From the NCBI GenBank assembly GCA_030248215.1, contig JASANG010003765.1:310001-374000 (forward strand): a DNA stretch of 64,000 nt. The letters are read 5' to 3'. How positions within the stretch are numbered: the stretch's first letter is position 1; each line of letters opens with the position of its first letter. The position numbers and the translations under genes were made by a program. This DNA comes from Enoplolaimus lenunculus (Eukaryota). Below are positions 14,480 through 29,000 of the stretch, one piece after another. Below the pieces are notes generated by a model. That model had not been told where the DNA came from, did no database searches, and saw nothing but the letters and a program-made list of their open reading frames with translations.

Positions 14480-14643
14480 AATAACCTGGGTAGCACGATA
14501 AAACGTCGCAGAAAAGTAAATTTTTTTACCTGGCTTAGGCTTAGGCTTAGGCTTAGGAATATGGTTATTCTTATGCTTAGGCTTAGGCTTAGGCTTAGGA
14601 ATATGCTTACAATACTGTTCCGCCACTGTTCTTTACATTGGCC
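14480..14643 (+). mobile_element. Family B TTAGGC-bearing MITE (left end approximate)
   Basis: Two short (GGCTTA)n blocks, ending CTGTTCTTTACATTGGCC. Confidence 0.75.
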
Positions 14644-16440
14644 TTAAATCTTAATATAATCGTTTTAGAATTATACCGTTTAGTCAAACAACTTTATATA
14701 AAAACACAAGAACAATCAAGCGAAAAAATGATCAGTTATACTTTCTTTAGAAGAAGATATGTAATATTAGGTTATCCAACTCTTTCATCGTCTATTTTGT
14801 TGAATTGAAGATAGGACTGTAGTTTGTAGCATTTGCTTTGTTTTTGATATTTTATAATCAAAAAAGGTCCACAGCCAATCAACCTGTTGGCGAGAGGACA
14901 AAACAATTTAGAGACAGGCGTGAAATTGAAATAACAAGCATACAAGCAGGGCTAAAACTTTTGTAGGGTAGGGGGGTGAAATTTATCTAGGGTGGGCTGA
15001 GCCCCCTGGCCCCGTCTTTATACGTACGGGCCTAATGGTGTCCGCAGAAAATTATATTTTGGGGGGCACCGAATAATTTTGGGGGCCATTACAATTGTAA
15101 TTTAATATTGTTTACTTTTCGATCGAGTCTATTTAGGGGAACCAGCCGAATTTGGGGGGCACGGCCACTCAAAGCCCGCCCCCGTGGGGACGCACTTGTA
15201 CGGGCACAAATCAAAAGCGAAACAAACTGATGGGTCGTCTATGCACTTGGTCATCATCTTGTGAGAAGTATCAAAAAAGTTCACAGCGGCTTTCAGCACT
15301 TTTGAGGGAAATATTCAATTTTGAGGTGTCAGCAGCGCAGTTTGAAGCGATTAACGGCGACGCAACCAGGATAGCGAGAAGCCAATTACATTCAGGGCAT
15401 GTACTGGAGTGCGAGCCCTCTGCCCTAAAACCTGGCAAACGAGGCCGTGTGATCAGGTTAAAAGGTTAGAAATAAGTCAAAACCTGTCACAATGTAACTT
15501 TCTGTAAATTAAACATCGCCTACTATAGTGTAAAATAGGAAAAAATTACACAAATGAAGCGATCAAGACGCCAAACACAATTATTGTACTAAATCTTAAT
15601 GCAAAGCTATGGTTTTAATCACTGTTAGGACTGCAAAATCAAATTTGTTCTTGAATATCGACGAAAGCCTAGCGAGTCGCAGAAAATGGCATAATATAGT
15701 TTTTTCCGAGTTCTTCAGGCTACCAACTCAGCTCAGGTTAAGGAGAAGGAAGCAGCAAACTCAGTCTCGAGGGAGAGGCGCAGCGCCCCCTTTCCCCCTT
15801 TTGGCTTTTTTGGCTGCATCCCTGTCTTATGCTCTAGCTGCATCTTATGGTATATACCAGTCACTGCTAATAATATTTTTGTTACGATAAACTTTTTCAA
15901 CATCAATTTATTTGCATATAAATAAAATCAATTAAGCATGCGTTGATACCGTTTCAGCTTCAAATCAATTCAGTGAAATTGCATTTTCCAGTTGGTTAAA
16001 CTATCAGTAAACGCTCTCACAGCTAAAAATGAACAGCTCTTGCATGCTTTGATTTTCATATTTGACATAGAAAACTTATAGTTTGTTTTCATTTTGCTTT
16101 GAAAGTGACATCATTATCGGTTTAAAGTTTTTGAAATTTTCAGATTTGAACTTAACCTACGTTTCTATGCCACTGGAAACAGCCGCGGAACCCTCGGTCT
16201 TGAGAACGGGGTGATAACTAGAAGACCCAAATTCGAGCGAAACAAAAACACATTTCTTTGTTGTTTTGAACTTGCGATGTTATTAAATACAAAAAAATTT
16301 CGTGGAGCAAAAAATAGAATGGTATTTTTGAGAGTTTAAAATACCAAAGACCCGTTGACATAATCATTAGAATATCGCCCACCCGTCACGTCTTTTGATT
16401 CAAGTTTCGAACTATCTATGAATATCAATATTAAAAATTT

Positions 16441-16649
16441 CGCAGCAAAAAATAGTGAGTCAAATTGACTCTCTCCGAAATAGGCTCTACGGGACTACAC
16501 AAATTGAGTCAAAGTCGACTCCGCCATTGTCAAATTCGACTCACTTAGTTGCAGGTTTGACTCTGGCGGAGTCGAATTTGACTCAGTTTGTGTAGTCCCG
16601 TAGAGCCTATTTCGGAGAGAGTCAATTTGACTCACCATTTTTTGCAGTG
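16441..16649. mobile_element. ~210-bp palindromic (foldback) MITE, family E
   Basis: Arms GCAAAAAATAGTGAGTCAAATTGACTCTCTCCGAAATAGGCTCTACGGGACTACACAAA... and its reverse complement; second copy at 30496. Confidence 0.88.
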
Positions 16650-17588
16650 TTCGCAGTAACGTTGGCCTAAGGCGGTAACACTGGACGGGATACTTAGAAT
16701 AGGTATCGTTTAGCCGCTTGAAAGACCGAATATCAAAAAATTCGCCACCCTTCTCGCAGTAACAGACTAAACTTTATAGGTTTCAAAAACAATCGCCACG
16801 TAGTGTCTCCGGTTTGGTTATTTTTGATTTTTCAATACCTATCAGAATTTCTCAGTTTGTAAAGTTTCATCTAATCTCTTAGACACAACTAAGGTGCATA
16901 TAAATTGTGCTTGATTTGAATTTCGCAGTTTGTGTGGATATAGTTTTCAATAAATTTCAACAACTTCGCGGCACCTTTGGTGCCGTTTATTTGTCCTCAA
17001 AAATTTTGCTTCGATTATCAATATAACCGAGGAAAAGTGCGGAAATGGCTACAGTTTCTTCCTGTGTTGGACGGTTTACTTGAGATAAAATCTGCAGCTT
17101 TATCAGGGGGGGGGGGCCATTATTCTAGTATGGTGGTCTCAAACCACCTAGCTACATGTCTGCTTGGCTTACACTTAAGATTATGGATAGTGTACAAGTG
17201 CATGAATGTGTAATGTCTGAATCTTAAAAGATTTCAACAGCTAATTTTAATGATCGCCGCGTTGACCTTACGGTGTTAGCATTAAGGTATTTTTGTGAGC
17301 AGTACTGGGTGGAGTCCAGTAATTTCTGACACTGGGCACCTTAATAGGATGGCTTGGTTAAATTTTTTGACCCAAAATTTTGCAGGAGGTAAAATAGACA
17401 AACCCACAAACGCATCTGTCGAGAATCGGTAATTTAATTTAGGTAAAGTAAACTTGCAAAAAATTGCGAGGGAAACGGGATGAAAACGAGGACTAATAAA
17501 AATACTGGAAACGTAGAAAAGATACGGTATAAAATTTAAAAATAACAACCGCATTTTAGTTTACGACTAATTTTAGGTTGATTTCTGA

Positions 17589-17817
17589 GGCCAATGTATA
17601 GAACAGGGTCATAACGGCAGTATAAGCATTCCTAAGCCAAAGCCTATGCCTAAACCCAAGCTAAGCCAAAAATTAGTTTAAAGCGTAAGCTTAAGCATAT
17701 TCCTAAGCCTAACCCTACGTCTAAGCCCTAGCTATGCAAAAAATTAGTTTAATGCTTAAGCTTACGGTATTGCAGTCCTGCGAAAAAACGGTCTGCCCGT
17801 TATCTTAACATGTGTCC
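17589..17817 (-). mobile_element. Family B TTAGGC-bearing MITE, reverse orientation
   Basis: Starts GGCCAATGTATAGAACAGG; internal CCTAAG repeats; the right end is degenerate. Confidence 0.7.
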
Positions 17818-20056
17818 TTTTTAGGAAAACTGATGAGTGTCATTATAAATTATATTGCTTGCGTACCAATCAAGTCAACTGTTTTAAATTTCAGCTAAAC
17901 ATGGGCAACTTCATATAACTGAAATAATCACTGAACCACTATCCTAGTTTGGGTCGAATTGTATTTGCAAGACAAGAACTGTTTACTGCGTCGGGTTTGC
18001 CGTTTATGCTCTAAATTTTGTTGTTACAGAAAAATTCCATTCCGTTTTTAGTGTTTTTATCCAAACACGTTTAAAGCGGAAATAAAATTATTTTCGAGTG
18101 CGTACAGACAAGAGCCTGTATAGTTGTTTTGCTGTAAATGTTCATACTTGACTGCAAAATATTTGAAAATTTGTATTTCTCCGGACGCAATGAGGTGTTG
18201 TATACAGTTGCTTTTTTAAATTTTCTATCGAATTGTAAACATTTTTGATACAGTGTCAAAACTGGTAAACGCAACTCTAGCGAAAAAGCGTTTATTCTAC
18301 TTCTGCAGCTGTATCAAATTTGTTGCTATTATGCTAATTGCAATCTCAAGTGCTAGGTAAATCTGACTTGTGACCGCTTGCGCATCCAGAGATGGATCGT
18401 ACACCCACCTTGTCAGAAATTTTTTGTAATGATAAGTTCAATCAATACCTTACAATTTTTCCCTTCAGATAATTGGCACATAAGTATATAGCATACTCAT
18501 ACTTTTTGCCAACACCACCACCCTCGCCAGAAATTTCTGGATCAGCCGCTGCTTGTAACAAAACGAACCTCATTAGTTTCATTACTTCCTTTGAGGATTT
18601 TTTGAAACTTTAATTCTAAATAATACAAACGCAGAGTTATACTGCTCACTTGCAAGTTGGCTTAAATTGAGCACAAGTTTACTTTTGATTAGCTTGTACT
18701 TGTTGCATTGTAGACAAGGCATATCACGTGGAATGATACATGACAGGGTACACGCTTAGGCATGTCTCGGACAACGGTAAAAAATGGACTTCCGGCTTTG
18801 AGTTTCGACACCAGTAGAATTTTTTGAATGTAGGTACCAGCAATTTTGCTAGTAGAAATTTTATGTAATTTATTGATAGTTGTGTCATTCAATCAATTTG
18901 CTTGTAAATTTAGGCGTGATTTATAAAATCAAAATTGCCGAAATTTCTTTAAAAAAGATGCTTAAACGTATTTCAATTTGAGCTACCAAAGACATTTTTA
19001 AATATATATATTAGTGAGTATTGATACTGTTGTTTAATACGAAGATTAACTTAAATAACATTTTACTTCAAATAACAAATCATATATTGGTAAACACAGT
19101 TCTCTGCGAAATGACTTGTCGGAAATGTCAACGCTTTTAGCATAAATAAAGCCTCCGTTAAGCTAAATGATTATTACAATGTTTGAAAAATGAAGTAACA
19201 TTAGCCTTCAAGTTGTACCTGAAGCTGTAACAGCCACAAATGGTTTGGTTAAAACCGTCATTTCACTTAGCCGCAGCAAGCCGATCTGATATTGTTGATT
19301 TAAACAGTTATTTACAAAGGTACCGCACCTGTATACTTACCTCTTACAGGTTTTGAAATTTTTAGATTTTGGCGTAAAATGTCGGGCTCAGGATAATGCT
19401 TTGACCTAGTAGGCTTTAGCGTAGCCTTATGAGCAGGTTTTGACTAAAGGCGGGTAAGGAAGTGTACAAGTGGCCAGAAGCTCATGAATGTCCGGTCCTG
19501 TTTTGCGGTTAAACGTGTAACTAAAATATACAGAGGCGACGGAAAGGATCCTGCAGGTTGGATGAATATGTCTCACAATATGTCGCTGGAGCATACCTGG
19601 CCTTAAGTGAACTTTTTCTCATTGGACTAAGCTGAAAATTATCACTTTGACATGACTTGGTCATGATTTACGTTCATTAAGGCATACTTAATGCCAAGTT
19701 TGTTACGGAATAAATCGGTTTTGTTTTTAAGTTTAATTTTGCTTGTTAACCGAAATCAAAACACTTTGGATTCAAAACAATTCATCATTCGAGTTGTTCC
19801 AGTGATGTCACGAGGATGGGATTCCTACCTCACCACATCCTAAGGTTCTATTATTTATTCGAACATTAATTCTTGCTAAAAACACTATCGTATATTAATG
19901 GTTCGTTGCGACTACCAAACATACACCTATACCCACACCCGTGGCCAAACAAGGCATATTGTTGGCCTGGGCCCAAAACCATTTTAGGTGTAGAATGCAT
20001 GGAGTTTACTGTAGGTATTACTAGTAACACTTAGCAATTGTTTTTTTTAATTTTAG

Positions 20057-23000
20057 CATATGTCAGTTAACGGAAGCGGAAGCCTTAGAAGCATTGGCAC
20101 GAGAAGTCAAAGCTCATGCGACATGGAAACGCAGTGCGCTCAAAAAAATTGCCATCACCAAAATTGAAAACAAAATCGCGCTTCATGTAAGGGCCCATAT
20201 TCTCACATGTGTATAGCACCTGTAATCGATTGACGGTACATTTTCCATACGATAAATATATAGTGTAGTGACCCGAGAAAGAGGTGGTAGTAAGAGGGGG
20301 GTGGTCCCCATTTTGAATCCCAATTAATTGGAGTCCGCATCTCTAATAAGAGTCTGTAAGACAATAGAGTCCCTAACCGTAACTAGTGTCCTTAAATGGC
20401 AATTAGTAGTGTTTACATGACTCCAGCACCAAATACAGTTGAGTTCGAAACTTTAAAGTATACTTAGTTTTGAAAGTACATTCTTAAATATAACCTTGCG
20501 TTATAGCTCAAGGTTTTGATACAAGGCAAATAAACGTTTAATTCAACGAATAGTTGGAATAGCAAATATATATCAGTAACAAAGGGCGGAGGAGAGCGGG
20601 TTAAAAATAAATAACAGTCCGTAACCGAATAACAGGAAGGTACCCTCAGGAGGGGCCAAATAAATATCCACCCCCTCTTATTCGGGTCACTACAGTACAT
20701 GCAGTTACTAATTGAAAAGTTACGCAGTAGTAGGGAGAGACAATATCAAACTAGCTAAATGCAACCATCCACTCTTGATGTAACTAACCTTGACTGCCAT
20801 GATTGGGCAGTTTGAAAGATACAATGCCTATTACAAAACTGGTGATTGGGCCTACACGCATTTGAGAGTACATGCAAAGAAGTAACATCGTATTTTAGAC
20901 TCCATGACGCACCTGTAATTCATTGCAGTCTTCGATTACCCGCTTTTTTCACACATGATGTTGCAAATAAGCTCGTTTCAGAGGCGGTTCCAGATGTAAG
21001 GGGTGTTCACAAGTTGCAATCCATGGAACCTAAGCGATACTTTGACCCTTATGCTCGATAAATACCATCCGACTCAAAGGATTTTTTGATTTTAGAAGGT
21101 GTTTACGGGCGCATAGTGAACGCTCCTGAATTCGCCTCTGTTGTTTACGAGATTTCAACGAAATTGCTGGTTAAGATAACTATTTTTGGATTCGCTTTTT
21201 AGTATACATTGGATACACAGTGCGAAACGCGTTCAACAGCACCAGCAAACGAACCTTTCCCAGGTATGATTGTATTATTAACAGTAAAATATATCTAAAC
21301 AAATATCAGACCGCACTCAGCAGCCTACTGTCTCCACTAATAGGTTAATCTCAGCCGTTTCTGAGCACTGTAAAAAATTTAAGCACAGTTAGTCATTCAA
21401 TGATTTTTCCATAATCAACGCCTGGCCAAAATCCGTTCAAAGTCCTTCAAATCTCGCTTTACACATTCTTGAATCGGCCTTGATTCGCAAGATTGAACCT
21501 AAATTAAACATCCAGAGTAACGTATATAGATTTCACATTTTTTCATAATATTTGCAACTGCCCAAAATATGGCTTTAAATTACTTTATAAAATATATCTA
21601 TGTAAACTTCTGAAAGTTTTTTGTATAAGAATTAAAATAGATATATTGCAGTTGCACCACACCGATAAACATTGCCTTAAAAAATTTTCAAGTCAAATTC
21701 TCATCAGCAACACTGCACAAGAGCACTGTATTTGTTTGTTTGTTTGTTTGTTTGTTTGTTTGTTTGGATGTTGTATGCTGGTCAAAGCCGTTCTTCGTAC
21801 ACCGGTATCGGGTGCGTCTTGTTGACAATCGGGTTACTTGGCAAAAAATATCTAAGTTTCATCTTGCAGGGTTGTTAGGCTATGACGGAAAATATGGTAC
21901 AAATATAGCTGGGGGGAATATAGCTGAGGGAACACGGCAGAAAAAAATATGACACTCCGAATAGGATTAATATATGAGAAAGAAAAATATGGCACGACAC
22001 TTTAAATCCGATTTACCCTGGTTTCTCAGGGTGTAGCCTTGATTTTGGTATGGGTTGGGTACAGTATATGTACGCTTTGTGGGCAAATCAATTTCTCAGA
22101 GTTAACTTTCATGAAAATCATGATCTTTTATAAGACTACACTCTTGCGAATAGCTTAAACAAGCGTTGCGCTATAAATTTCCAAATTCATCGCTTATGAT
22201 GGTATTAATAAGTATATATGTTTTCAGCTTTTAAGCAACGATTTCTGTTCATGTGTGCGCGGAGAGGAAACTAGAAAGAAAACGTAGCGCACAATAGAAA
22301 TGTTTTCATTCGTTTGAGACTTAGCCATTATTGATAGATGTTAACGATTTGCCAATTGTTTTTCAAGATCCAATCGTTGTTTGTTTTTTGATTCCGACCT
22401 CTTGGAATTAACATTTCTGGATACGCGACTGTTTCAGTTAAATCAGGTTCTGTCAGCGCTGTGAGCCTAATGTCCGCTGCACCGTTGAGCTATAATTCTT
22501 CGCTGTACCCATCATCATTATCCTCGCCCAGTTCAGCCATGTTTACACCGCCGTCAGAGCCGTGGGACATTGAATGCTGCCCGTCGCGTCATTTTGTCAA
22601 CGAACGTAAAGATATTGAAATGCCAAACACTGCCTCGGTCACGGTAACTGTGCAATACAATTTGTATTTATTTTGATAAAATATAAAGTAGAAATTATTG
22701 GAATATTTCGAAAATTTCAAAAATAGTACTTTATCCAGTGTAGAAAAATTTACATGAAATTGTATCGATAATTTCATTTCTTTACAAGCGGCGCGGTGGC
22801 ACACACTCACAATTACACAAGACACTGCTACATGGTAAATTGGGTGAGAAATTCCATGGAGGTCAAGCTAGAATTTATCATATTTTACACCAGGTCTAAA
22901 ACTTTTCATAAAACTCTCAAAAGGTTTCAAGCGTCCTCTGTCGGACCTCATTTTGATACCGGACTGTAGGCAGTTTGTTTAGTCAACACATTAAAACAGA

Positions 23001-26000
23001 AGGTACGTTGTATAACAATTTCGGTCCACGTTACTTAGAAGTGTCAGCCATTGTTTCGCAGGACTGTGTAAGCTTAAGCTTTAGAGTAATTTTTTTGCTT
23101 TAGGCTTATGCTTAGGGTTAGGAATATGCTTGTATTACTCTACTCACGCCCCTCAAAGTAACATTGGCAAAAGGATCGAAAGGTGTGTCGTCTGAGATAC
23201 ATGAGTCGTTTGCGGCATACCCCCAGCCGGCGATTGCCTAAATCTGCTCCATTCAGAAAATTTTTGTATATTTGAACCTCCAATGACTTTCATTATCATT
23301 TCACACCCAGATTTGAATTTTTGAAAAATTCGATTTGTAAGAGGTCCGTAGATAAGATACTTAATCGCAAAACGGGTTTGACTTTTAATGCCTCCATTGC
23401 TTAGTTACTTTGTTTTTCAGACGTGCTCAACATGCAACGGCGTTGGATCGTCGCATTGTTTTTTCTGCCACGGAATTGGCTCAGACAACTGTACCATGTG
23501 TGCCGGAACCGGTATGAAAACCGGTATACCACATCCGTCTCAGGCTTTTGTTGGCCCTGCTCATCGACCAACTGGACCGCCAGGAGGGTTTGGGTTGCCG
23601 ACACGCGGAACATCATTACCCGGCGGATATCCGGGAACATATCAGTCGGTTATCCGTAAGTATCGAATGCTTGCCATGATAACAATAGAATGTAAATTGT
23701 GTTCAAGTACAGACAAATGACACTGTTACAATTAGCGTTAAATATTCGAAAACCACTGACATTTTATTTGTTGAGCATATGTTCGGTAAAGACAATATCT
23801 TTTGTTTTCTATGCTTTCGGCCATTAATTATTTGGTAACTGTAAATTAATGAAAGATTTTCAAGGAATTCTGCCTAATTTGCAAAAACTTGGATGGATTG
23901 TTCAGTTGTACAAAACCCAAAGACACAACATGTATTTCATGTACTGCTCAAAAACTGCTGTTCACTATTAATTGTAGCGTTCGCTCGTCCAACTGGGCCG
24001 TGTACGTGCAATAAATCCGCTTCCGGTTATTTTGCTGCAGTAAATAACGGTATGAGTTGCCCGGTGCATCGTCGCAAACTTCCGCCCGGAATTCCGCCAT
24101 CCGAATTGTGCTTTTTCTGCAAAGGTCAAGGTGTTAAGCCGTAAGTTTTCAATTATATATACATATATACATAAATATAACAAATTATCATAAATTTTTC
24201 TGCGTAGTCAGCAGTAAGGGAAGTGGGTGGGCCCCATCCCCTTTCCCAATGATGGATCCTATAACTGTTAATACTTAATTTGCTATCAGGACAGAACAAA
24301 TAAGTATAAACACCATGACAAGTGTTTCGAACAGATATTGTCGAAGTTTGTGTAATCCATGATTTTCTTCTGTTGTGCATAGACATTTTTGCAACAATGT
24401 CAGAATATGCATTTGGTTTGAGCGATTGCATTTATGGCCCATTTTACTATAAAGGCCGTCCCAATTTTCCGGGACACAAATATACCCGGAGTGCACACTT
24501 AGGCGCTCCTGTTTACATATGCACGGGCAGATATATTTACGATATGTCTGTCCCAACTGTCCCAACTGTCCCAAGTGTCCCAACTGTTCCATTTGTCCCA
24601 ACTGTCCCATCTGTTTCAACTGTCCCATATGTCCCAACTGTCCCATCTGTCCCAACTGTCCCATCTGTCCCAACTGTCCCATCTGTCCCAACTGTCCCAT
24701 CTATCCATCTGTCCCAGCTTTCCCAGCTGTCCCAACTGTCCCATCTGCCCCAACTGTCCAAACTGTCCCATTTGTCCCCCAACTGTCCCATCTGTCCCAA
24801 CTGTCCAAACTGTCCCATATGTCCCATCTGTCCCAACTGTCCCATCTGTCCCAACTGTCCCATCTGTCCCAACTGTCCCATCTGTCCAATCTGTCCCAAC
24901 TGTCCCATTTGTCCCCCAACTGTCCCAACTGTCCCATCTGTCCCAACTGTCCCATCTATCCTAACTGTCTCATCTGTCCCATCCGTCTCATCTGTCCCAG
25001 CTGTCCCATCTGTCCCATCTGTCCCACTGTCTCATTTGTCCCAACTGTCCCGCTGTCCCAATTATATTTTTTGAATGTACTCCTGGTACATTGCTGTCCC
25101 GGGAAAAAGGGACGGGTACTCCTGGTACATCACTGTCCCGGGAAAATGGGACGGCCCTTAAAGTAACATTGACCGCATTTATTATATGGTAATAAATGTT
25201 GCAACTCAGTTGAGTTCACCGAACTTTGGCTGAGTTTTCCTGGTACTAAAGTTGAAAAGTACTATTTGCGTAATAAGCCACCGAATCTAAATCCAATTTA
25301 GAGGATCAAACATTGGTACATTGGTACCTGTTATATATTCGTAAATTCGTCTACTTGATAGGCATATGACAATTTTTGAAAACGAATTGCAAGGTTATAT
25401 GCATAGTGCGTTTCTGTTTAGTTTTTAGCTGATTTTTATTTTAACCTTCACTTCATCCCTATATTTCTGGTGAATTAAATTCCGAAATTCCGCGGTATAT
25501 ATTTTCCAGCGAGATCAAAACATTGTTTCTGAAGATTCTTAGAAAAGCAGCTGGACCCTCCTATCCTTTACCCCTTCTGGCTACAAACCCGACGTATTAA
25601 AATTATAAGCTGTCTGCTATTCTCCTTATCTTCAGATGCTCACATTGCAATGGAATGGGTCGAAAAAATTGTTCAACATGCTCAGGAAATGGAAATATTA
25701 AGTCGTACATCAGGCTTACAGTTCAATTGTGAGTTTAGTTTATGCGCTAAAAATTGAGTATCCGAAGCAAGTTTCTTAAGAGTAAATATAGGTTCATTCT
25801 AGTTTAAACGCAGCTTTTTCAGACTTCATGACTGTATTTCTATTCTGTTACATGATGATGCTTCTCGTTTGGTGTAAAACAGCTTGTAACTCCCAGTAGC
25901 AACTATCGCTCAACTGAGAAAAGTCCTAAAGAACACCTGAGCGATAATCACAATGAGGATATTGAACCCTATACCCTCCGCAGGCTGTGCCATGGCCTAT

Positions 26001-29000
26001 ATTCCAATTTGATGCTATGATTATTTTCTGATTTAGCGATGTTTATACCAGCGAATACTTTCATTGTGATTTGAATATTCCAACTCATGCGCTGGCCGAC
26101 GTTACTGGAGATGTTATTTATTCTGAACAGAATTCACAGGTACGAATGAAACTCCGGCATTTTTGTATTAAACTCAAAATATCCAACCCCCTATAAGGTT
26201 GTTTAGTTGACGTGAGCAATTCCCCTCCCCCCAGAGAGTCGTGTCAAAAATTAAATGTAATTTAACCGATTACTGCGTTTCAAATAAACGTCTTCCAAAC
26301 GTTTTTTTGCAAGCAGAAAAACTCTAACTGAATAGCGTTTGTAGCAAAACAGTATTACGTAAACGCTTTTTCACGGTTTTTGACACGAGTTTTACTATAC
26401 AATGAAAACACAGTCGGTCAACCTCCTCCTATGAGTCCTGTTAATATATAGCTGCGCTTGCAGTAGATATAAAGATCCTTCGTAAAAATTTTCGGAATGT
26501 ATGATTATAATAACGAACACCTTTCCCGTCAGCCATTTGCATCTTAGAAATAAAATAACGTTTCATTTGTAACACCGCTTAAAAACGGATAATCATAGGG
26601 ACACGGTAGTGTCACTATTATATGTTTCTTCCAAAAGTGTTCACGTCTCTCTTATGTTTCGATCAAAAGTCTATTATTTCTACTATAATATATACAAACG
26701 TATGTCATTCAAGATCATGGTAACCGGTGTTCATTCGCTATATTTAAAGAAAATTTGTCGAAGTATTAAACGTAAACGTTTTCATAAGATCGGAACCGCA
26801 AAATTTCGCATTGGTATTTGGATTAAAATCTTGTCTCAAGGTGTTCTACAGAGTCGTATATTGTATCAATCCAATTTCTTATGTGCTACATAAGTTACCT
26901 CAACCATATACGTTAAGCTATTTATTTAACGAAAATACTATTGTTTAGTACGTATATATGCGAAACATGTTGAGTGGACAATTACGAAAAACATTGGCTT
27001 ATATGATTACAAATTAGTAATAACATAGCTAGTTTTGGTGAAGGTACGGTAGATCGACCCCCCTAGAAACTGTAAGATTATGTGATTTTCCGACGTATTT
27101 GAGGCAGCTGATTTCAAATCTGTTATTTATATTCTTGTAGGCCCGCTGGTTAAAAAAATATGCGCTTTCAAAGTCTCAGCCCATAAACAAAAACACCGGT
27201 CAAGTGCACCTGTGGCTGAGTGGTATGATGTTCACATACCACGGCGTTTTTTCAGCTTTTGGGTCGCGGGTTCAAGTCCAACTGGGGGAACTAAAAATTG
27301 AAATTTTATGTGTATTTTATGTGATTTTCCGACGTATTTGAGGCAGCTGATTTCAAATCTGTTATTTATATCCTTGCAGGTCCGTTGGTTAAAAAAATAT
27401 GCGCTTTCAAAGTTTCAGCCCATCTTATATGTAGTATATACAATGTAAACAAAAACACCGGTCAAGTGCACCTGTGGCTGAGTGGTATGATGTTCACATA
27501 CCACGGCGTTTTTTCAGCTTTTGGGTCGCGGTTTCAAGTCGTACTGGGGGAACTAAAAATTGAAATTTTATGTGTATTTTTACCAAGGCGCGTTTTTGAA
27601 AACGTAGACGTAACATCAAGCTGTCGAAAACTGTTTGAGAGCGAAGTCGAACGCTAACTTAATGCTGAATCTTTATAATGCAAAACCTTTCTCTTGATTC
27701 AAGTTGTGGTGGTTCAGGTCGGAGTGGCACCCACTGCATCCGCCAGTGGTATGAGAGACACTTTTTATTTAATTCGTAGTAGGTGCCTAGATTTTACATT
27801 CGCGTGGGTTTTTTTTCTAAACCTAGATTTACATTTAAGCTCAAAGTTTACGCGTAAAGTACAGATGTCAGTTTTGATTTACTGCTCGATGTATTATTGG
27901 TAGCACCAAGTTGAGCACTGAAATGTCCAAAACTCGGTTTAGAATATTTGAAGAAATTTTGACGTGCAAAATTAACACCATTAATTTCATAAGGTTCCCA
28001 AAGCAAGCAGTCTCTTTCAAAAACGTGACGCTCGAACACAGCGGGCTCTCATTATAGTATGAACCGGCCCAGATTTTTCAGGCCCACGCCCGGCCGCCTT
28101 AGTTTTTCGTTTTCGAAAAGAAAACAAGAATAAGTTACAAAGCAAACCTTATAGTTGCGGATTCGCAGTTTTGACTGGGGATGGAATTGCATTATTAGAA
28201 TTTCTTGCACAATTAACAGGAAACGAACAAAAGTGTGTTTAAAACAATTTTCCACGTCCGCATGTTGATGCAAATGCGTATTCAGCATCTTTCACAAAAT
28301 ATTTGTTGCAGCCATAATTTTAAATGCTGCGCATTCCAATTATATATTTAACGCAATTCATGTGTGCAATACAAAATTGAAAGTGTCGGAATCAGTATTC
28401 TTCCAAAATACCGATTACAATACCGATACCGATGTATTGGTTCTACACTACTATGCAGCATAAAATCAGTTTTCACTAGAGCAAGTACTTATCAATTGTA
28501 TTGATTTTCTATTTGAATTCAAACAATTTATATGAATTAAAATATATTAGCATTATAAATTGAGCGAGTTACCTAATAAATAAAAATTAAATTAGGAAAG
28601 CGCGACTTTTGTGATTGTGAAAATGTAGTTTTTAATTTTCATGGAAATATAGCTTAACAGTTCTAAAACAATTATAACGTGAGTATATATGACTTTAAAT
28701 TTGACTTTTTCGCACTTAAGGTAAATTCACATCAAATTTCTTCCTAAAGCTTAGAAACTAGAATGAAAAGTGCCCCGATGTGGCCATAGAAAACGATATG
28801 TTTCGGTAGTAAGATTTTTAGTTCAATACCGCTAGTATTACAATTTCCATGCATGCGTATAAAGTTTAAAAACTAGATTAATTTGATGTCAATCAGCGTC
28901 CTCCCGAAACACGACACAACAATACTATAGAATTAATAAAAGTTAAATCATTGAGTTTGATTGACTGCGTAACGGAAACATATCCGCAACTTTTTCGGAG

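Noticed and set aside
14531..14600. True telomere or telomere-addition site
   Set aside because: Only a few units per block, embedded in a TIR-bounded MITE with unique sequence on both sides.
19534..19606. Extra SSUH2 exon
   Set aside because: Its open frame ends in phase 1, incompatible with the phase-2 acceptor at 20057, and the donor is weak.
24275..25166. Long Cys/Pro-rich ORFs (250, 215 and 141 aa) resembling metallothionein or antifreeze proteins
   Set aside because: They are translations of a 9-bp satellite inside a MITE within an SSUH2 intron, open in many frames.
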